A stretch of 24,000 nt of DNA, taken from the NCBI GenBank assembly GCA_035296445.1, contig DATHAZ010000149.1, forward strand, positions 48,331 through 72,330, given 5' to 3'. The position numbers and the translations under genes were made by a program. The notes beneath the pieces are model-generated. The model was not told the origin of the DNA. It saw only the letters and a program-made list of their open reading frames with translations, and did no database searches. Positions 22,640 to 24,000 of this stretch are shown piece by piece. Each line of letters opens with the position of its first letter. The stretch's first letter is position 1. This DNA comes from Pyrinomonadaceae bacterium. Lineage in GTDB: Bacteria; Acidobacteriota; Blastocatellia; Pyrinomonadales; Pyrinomonadaceae.

Positions 22640-23890
22640 ATGCGTAAAACTTTCACCCGTTCGGTTCCCATGCTTTTGATTCTTTTCACCCTGCTTTTTG
22701 TTTCTGCGTCTCCCGGCCTCAGTCAGTCGCCTTTCTCATCGGTCGAGATGGAATTGGCATTGACTCGTGAAGGGACGGGTTGGAAAGCCGAAGCGAAATT
22801 CCATGCCGGCGGACGGGTATTCACAAATCCCGTGCGAAACCTCAAAGTCAGCGACAGCGATATATCTTTCTCGTCGGAAATTGGCGGCGCCGAGGTGCGG
22901 TTCGTCGGGAAACTTGCTGACAATAAACTTGGCGGCACGCTCGAAGCATTAGAAAAAGGTCAAAGAATCGCAACCGGTGCGTGGAGTCTGTCCCAGTCCG
23001 AATCTGCCGCTGTGCATGACGTAGCCGGTATGTGGAAAGGAAGGTTCAGCGCACAAATTATTCCGGCGCAGCAAGCCGACCCCAACTTCGACGCACGCGT
23101 TTCTCATCCCGCATATACCAGGAAGCACCCCAAAGTGCTTTTTGATGAAGCTCATAACAACGTCCACACGGCATCCGGTCTTTACAAACCCTTCGCCGAC
23201 TTGATTACAAACGATGGCTACCTGATTGTTCCTAATAAGGAGAAGTTTCAGCCCGGTACGCTTGCCGGTTATGATGTTTTAGTAATAGTTAACGCGACGG
23301 GTCCTCGCGGACAGCGTGCCAATCCGGCATTCACCGATGAAGAATGTGACACCGTGCGCGATTGGGTGCGTGGGGGTGGAGCATTATTGTTCATCGCCGA
23401 TCACGCCCCGATGGGCGCGTCGGCTGAAATTCTCGCCAGACGATTCGGCGTGGACATGAGCAAAGGATATACGGACGAGCCGTCCAGCACGGATAAGGAA
23501 TTGGGCGACATCTTATTTTCGCGCGATAACAAGCTGCTCGCCAATCATCCGATTACCAACGGGCGAAATTCCCTTGAGCGCGTCAATCGCGTGGTTACTT
23601 TTACCGGTCAATCGCTCAAGGGGGCGAAGGATAGCGTAGCCTTTCTCATCTTACCCGATACCGCGGTTGATACTTTCCCTCCGAATAAAGCGACAACTCC
23701 TGCCGCAGGGCGGACGCAAGGTATCGCAATGAATTTCGGTAAAGGGCGAGTAATTGTTTTAGGCGAGGCGGGCATGCTGTCGGCGCAAATAGATAATAAG
23801 GGACGCGCGTTCGGGATGAATTATCCAAACACAGACAACCGACAGTTAGCACTAAATATCATGCACTGGCTTACCCGGTTGCTGAAATAA
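22640..23890 (+). CDS. Secreted protein with C-terminal GATase1-like/DUF4350-like domain
   Basis: Signal peptide MLLILFTLLFVSASPGLSQS. The C-terminal half (HNNVHTASGLY...YDVLVIVNA...EECDTVRDWVRGGGALLFIADHAPMG...GKGRVIVLGEAGM) resembles DUF4350/ThuA-like folds. The family assignment is tentative. Confidence 0.6.
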   Translation: MRKTFTRSVPMLLILFTLLFVSASPGLSQSPFSSVEMELALTREGTGWKAEAKFHAGGRVFTNPVRNLKVSDSDISFSSEIGGAEVRFVGKLADNKLGGTLEALEKGQRIATGAWSLSQSESAAVHDVAGMWKGRFSAQIIPAQQADPNFDARVSHPAYTRKHPKVLFDEAHNNVHTASGLYKPFADLITNDGYLIVPNKEKFQPGTLAGYDVLVIVNATGPRGQRANPAFTDEECDTVRDWVRGGGALLFIADHAPMGASAEILARRFGVDMSKGYTDEPSSTDKELGDILFSRDNKLLANHPITNGRNSLERVNRVVTFTGQSLKGAKDSVAFLILPDTAVDTFPPNKATTPAAGRTQGIAMNFGKGRVIVLGEAGMLSAQIDNKGRAFGMNYPNTDNRQLALNIMHWLTRLLK

Positions 23891-24000
23891 AAATCCCGGT
23901 AAGTTAGAGGTTAAGACGCAATCCAACCGCCCCTTGCGGGAGCATTCGGAGAGGGGAGCGCGTTTTCGCACGTCCCGCTCAATTCGGCTTGTCAGGGGAT

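Overview
GC-rich bacterial chromosomal fragment. I saw no rRNA, tRNA, CRISPR array, transposase or integrase. LEFT (1-4.3 kb): a 5'-truncated LVIVD/beta-propeller-like gene, an atypical Ser/Thr kinase, and a secreted ~450-aa protein made almost entirely of alternating Thr-X repeats. CENTRE (about 4.46-18.2 kb): a tightly packed, largely translationally coupled cluster of about 14 genes, and the most interesting object in the window. It contains a complete dedicated type-II FAS/PKS-like set: a FabZ-like dehydratase, a KS plus a truncated KS-like partner, a FabG-like ketoreductase, an unusually long ACP, and a convergent MECR/Etr1-type enoyl reductase. This set is joined to three radical-SAM enzymes (two paralogous COG1964/Tes(GDGT-MAS)-like proteins and one SPASM/twitch-type), a class-III aminotransferase, two further SDRs and two polytopic membrane proteins, one of which carries four His clusters. 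I read it as an orphan lipid-building and lipid-tailoring system, possibly making C-C-coupled, membrane-spanning and/or aminated long-chain lipids. The product is inference only. 18.2-20.1 kb: small minus-strand genes (Coa1-like, hypothetical, GNAT, DUF4177-like). RIGHT (from about 20.15 kb): the sequence becomes visibly more AT-rich and carries small same-strand ORFs. These are a Zn-ribbon/HTH excisionase-like protein, a membrane-anchored protein coupled to an 8-Cys secreted peptide, a small membrane protein, and a secreted DUF4350-like protein. They are separated by a recurring motif beginning with an RYYYAAC-like box that resembles the 5' half of integron attC sites. This could be a cassette-array-like island, but the call is uncertain.
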